64,000 bases of DNA from an uncultured delta proteobacterium (GTDB lineage Bacteria > Desulfobacterota > Binatia > UBA9968): assembly GCA_963727625.1 (NCBI GenBank), contig CAVSHR010000004.1:1120001-1184000 (forward strand). Direction: 5' to 3'. A program made the position numbers and the translations under genes. The notes beneath the pieces are model-generated. The model saw nothing but the letters and a program-made list of their open reading frames with translations, was not told the origin of the DNA and did no database searches. Below are positions 61,191 through 64,000 of this stretch, piece after piece; within the stretch, counting starts at the first letter, position 1, and each line of letters starts with the position of its first letter.

Positions 61191-62409
61191 GGAACCTCTG
61201 AATAACCGCATTGGAAGTTTGGTAGTTGGGATAGATTATTTTTTTCGAAACGGGTGACGAGTTTTCGAATTTGCATCAGATTGAATTTTGCTCCCGTGGT
61301 TAATATCGGCCCTTAGTTATACCTCGATTCCAATTGCGGTGCCCGCTGTTCGAATCGCTCGCGCGCTTGTCAGGCTACGCCAACAAGGCGTGGCGGACCT
61401 TGTATAGATTGGCGAGCGCAAACAGCGTAAAAACCTGCGCCGTATTCTTTGTTAACCCTCGGTAGCGGACCTTCACATATCCGAACTGCTGTTTAACCAC
61501 CCGAAACGGATGCTCCACCTTGGCCCGTATGCTCGATAGCTTTCTGTTCCTGCGCTTTTGCTTGTGGCTCAATCGCTTTTTGCTCTTGGCCTTGTCCAAC
61601 ACGCCCTAGAATAATCCCGTCTTTCGCGCTGACCGCGTGTCCTCGTCGCTGAAATACCCGTTGTCGCCAAACACCGCTTTCTCTTCTCCATGAAGGAGCG
61701 CTTCCTTCTCCTGCTTATCATGCACACTGGCCGAGGTCACTTTGACCGTGTGCACCAAGCCGCTCTGACTGTCCGTTCCTGTGTGCACCTTCATGCCAAA
61801 GTGATAGTCATTGCCCTTCTTGGTCGAACTCATTTTCCCGTCACGTTTCTTGTCCTTGTTCTTGGTCGAGGACGGCACAGCAATCAGCGTGGCATCTACG
61901 AGTGCCCCTTGTCTGAGCAAAAGCTTTTTCTCGCTCAAATACTCGTTGACCTCTTCCAACAGCTTTTCGGTCAACTGATGCTTTCCAGCAAGTGGCGAAA
62001 GTTTAATATCCTGGTCTCATCGGGGATCTCTTCTTCTCCCAACTCGATCCCGGCAAATCGCCGCACCGACTTGATGTCATACAACGCTTCTTCCATGCCG
62101 GGATCGGATAACCCGTACCACTGCTGCACAAAGTATATCCGTACCATCCGTTCCAACGGCATCGGTCGTCGTCCGTTGCCGGCTTTGGGATAATGCGGCT
62201 CGATCAAGCCCAGCATTTTATCCCACGGCACTACGCGATCCATCTCGGACAAAAACTTGTCTCGCTTGGTTTGCTTTTTCTTTCTCGCCCACACCAAACT
62301 CGCAAACGTTGTCTGCACCTCCACGCTCTTTCCTCCTCCAACTTTGTTGTCCTGACCGCTTTTCCATATTAGATTAGACGACTATGCGGAGAACTTGTTC
62401 AGAGATTCC
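61191..62409 (-). mobile_element. IS5-family (IS5 subgroup) insertion sequence, 1219 bp
   Basis: TIRs ggaacctctgaataa / ttgttcagagattcc; flanks CTAA and TTAA fit the YTAR target preference; contains a transposase. Confidence 0.88.
61375..62324 (-). pseudogene. IS5 transposase pseudogene
   Basis: FLSEMDRVVPW, GRRPMPL, PDET, VDATLI, HFGMKVH and RAKVEHPF motifs; frameshift near 61975 and in-frame TAG at 61606-61608. Confidence 0.9.
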
Positions 62410-62413
62410 TTAA

Positions 62414-62844
62414 GAACAATCAAGCCTCTGCGTGTCACTGACCAGGATCACGTCTACCTGAATCAGGAAGGGTATTCGATCAACTTTCACACCCGGCGAC
62501 GAAAGAGCCGGTATCCGGCGCTTCGCGTGAAAGAGATCAGGGAGCGAAAGCCCTACACGATGCGCCACAGGTTCATCTCAGTGGGGTTAACGAACGGCTT
62601 CAACATCAAGTGACTCGCAGACTATTGCGGAACATCGGTTGCGATGATCGAAAAGCACTACGGAAAGTACATCCGGAACGATTCAGTGGAGCAGTTGAGC
62701 CGGCTTTTTGGGGGCGAAAGTGCAACCTTGAGTGCAACCTTCGCGTCTCAAGAGCGGCAGAAAGTGGCGCAAGTAGTAGGAAAAATAAGAGGAAGAGGGT
62801 TGGTGGGCCCACCTGGACTCGAACCAGGGACCAACCGGTTATGA
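62414..62844 (+). pseudogene. C-terminal remnant of a tyrosine recombinase/integrase
   Basis: RKPYTMRHRFIS...G.NIK*LADYCGTSVAMIEKHY (box II RH and catalytic Y); internal TGA; 5' part replaced by IS5; 3' end runs into the tRNA. Confidence 0.8.
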
Positions 62845-62877
62845 GCCGGTGGCTCTAACCAACTGAGCTATGGGCCC
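62801..62877 (-). tRNA. tRNA with CAT anticodon, probably tRNA-Ile2 (lysidine-modified)
   Basis: GGGCCCATAGCTCAGTTGGTTAGAGC CACCGG CT-CAT-AA CCGG TTGGTC CCTGGTTCGAGTCCAGG TGGGCCC ACCA; C4/C5 acceptor positions and location after rpoD favour Ile2 over Met. Confidence 0.93.
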
Positions 62878-62971
62878 GTAGGGGATTTGAAATTTTGGAT
62901 TTTCGATTGCGGATTCTACGCTGGCAGCTCCACGGCCTTTTTGCAAGGTCGTCGCCACAGCCGCCGCCCAT

Positions 62972-64000
62972 CTAGCTTTCCATAAAGCTCTTGAGCCGCT
63001 TGCTCCGGCTCGGATGGCGCAGCTTGCGCAGCGCCTTGGCTTCGATCTGGCGAATGCGCTCGCGGGTCACGGTAAATTTCTGCCCCACTTCTTCGAGCGT
63101 ATGATCGGACTTTTCGCCAATACCGAAGCGCATGCGCAACACCTGCTCTTCGCGCGGCGTCAAAGTCGCCAGCACTTTGCGGGTTTGCTCCTGCAGGTTG
63201 ATGTTCACCACCGCGTCCGAAGGCGTGATGATGCGTTTGTCTTCGATAAAATCGCCGAGATGGCTGTCTTCCTCCTCGCCCACCGGCGTTTCCAGAGAGA
63301 TCGGCTCCTTGGCGATCTTCAAAACTTTGCGCACCTTGTCGAGCGGAATTTCCATCTTGGTGGCAATCTCTTCGGGGGTCGGCTCGCGGCCGATCTCCTG
63401 AACCAGATAGCGGGACGTCCGGATCAGCTTATTGATGGTCTCGATCATATGCACGGGAATCCGAATCGTCCTGGCTTGGTCGGCGATCGCGCGCGTGATC
63501 GCTTGGCGAATCCACCAAGTCGCGTAGGTGGAAAATTTGTAGCCGCGCTGATATTCGAATTTATCCACCGCCTTCATCAGTCCGATGTTGCCCTCTTGAA
63601 TCAGATCGAGAAATTGCAAGCCGCGATTGGTGTATTTCTTGGCGATGCTCACGACCAGGCGCAGATTGGCTTCGATCAACTCCTTTTTCGCCAAGTTGGC
63701 TTTGGTCTCGCCTTCGATGATGGACCAAACCCGCCGCTTGATTTCTTCGGCGGCCATTTCCAAATCCTTTTCAATATGGCGGATGTCGCGCCGAGCGGAG
63801 CGAATCTCTTCGCCCATCTGGACAACCGCGTCGTGCCCCAGGCGCACCGAGGAAAAGATTTTCTGCCAATTTTTCTTGCGCCCGTCGGCCTCGGACACGA
63901 TCTTTAAAATCTCGCTCGAGGGCTTGCCGACGCGACGTTCGAACTCCTTGGTTCGGCGCTCGAGGGTTTGCACCCGCTCCATCGCTCGTTTGAGACCGTC
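62972..64000 (-). CDS. rpoD: RNA polymerase primary sigma factor RpoD, C-terminal part
   Basis: [40 protein letters not shown] and [16 protein letters not shown] motifs. Confidence 0.97.
   Translation of the reverse strand, partial: DGLKRAMERVQTLERRTKEFERRVGKPSSEILKIVSEADGRKKNWQKIFSSVRLGHDAVVQMGEEIRSARRDIRHIEKDLEMAAEEIKRRVWSIIEGETKANLAKKELIEANLRLVVSIAKKYTNRGLQFLDLIQEGNIGLMKAVDKFEYQRGYKFSTYATWWIRQAITRAIADQARTIRIPVHMIETINKLIRTSRYLVQEIGREPTPEEIATKMEIPLDKVRKVLKIAKEPISLETPVGEEEDSHLGDFIEDKRIITPSDAVVNINLQEQTRKVLATLTPREEQVLRMRFGIGEKSDHTLEEVGQKFTVTRERIRQIEAKALRKLRHPSRSKRLKSFMES

Noticed and set aside
62611-62613. In-frame TGA in the integrase and TAG (61606) in the transposase as possible recoding (Sec/Pyl/readthrough)
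   Set aside because: Both fit TGG(Trp)-to-stop point mutations in elements that are otherwise truncated or frameshifted, and intact genes here use TGA and TAG as normal stops.
62801-62877. Calling the CAT tRNA an initiator or elongator Met
   Set aside because: It has a paired G1-C72 and no GGG/CCC anticodon stem, so it is not an initiator. The acceptor stem and position after rpoD favour Ile2, although elongator Met is not fully excluded.

Overview
GC-rich bacterial chromosome segment. The gene repertoire (many amidohydrolase_2 paralogues, TctC/TTT and Fe3+-type ABC binding proteins) resembles Candidatus Binatia/Binatota, which is an inference. The left part (1-25 kb) holds a TTT transporter operon with a fused TctA-TctB and an unexplained lipoprotein, several oxidoreductases and hydrolases, and TPR-Lrp-gltB-gltD. 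From about 25.9 kb to 62.8 kb lies a catabolic island that ends at a decayed IS5, a tyrosine-integrase remnant and a tRNA(CAT, probably Ile2) downstream of rpoD. The island encodes a UbiD decarboxylase / heme-oxygenase-like diiron protein / beta-propeller operon, seven amidohydrolases, three gentisate/1-hydroxy-2-naphthoate-dioxygenase-like bicupins, two nearly identical NahE/PhdJ-like hydratase-aldolases, a divergent NicX-like protein, three ABC transporter sets, several transporter remnants and a 133-bp MITE. The best candidate for an undescribed system is a recurring cupin + aldolase + two-amidohydrolase + transporter module for cleaving an unknown (hetero)aromatic acid. All product calls come from motif recognition by eye; no searches were run.
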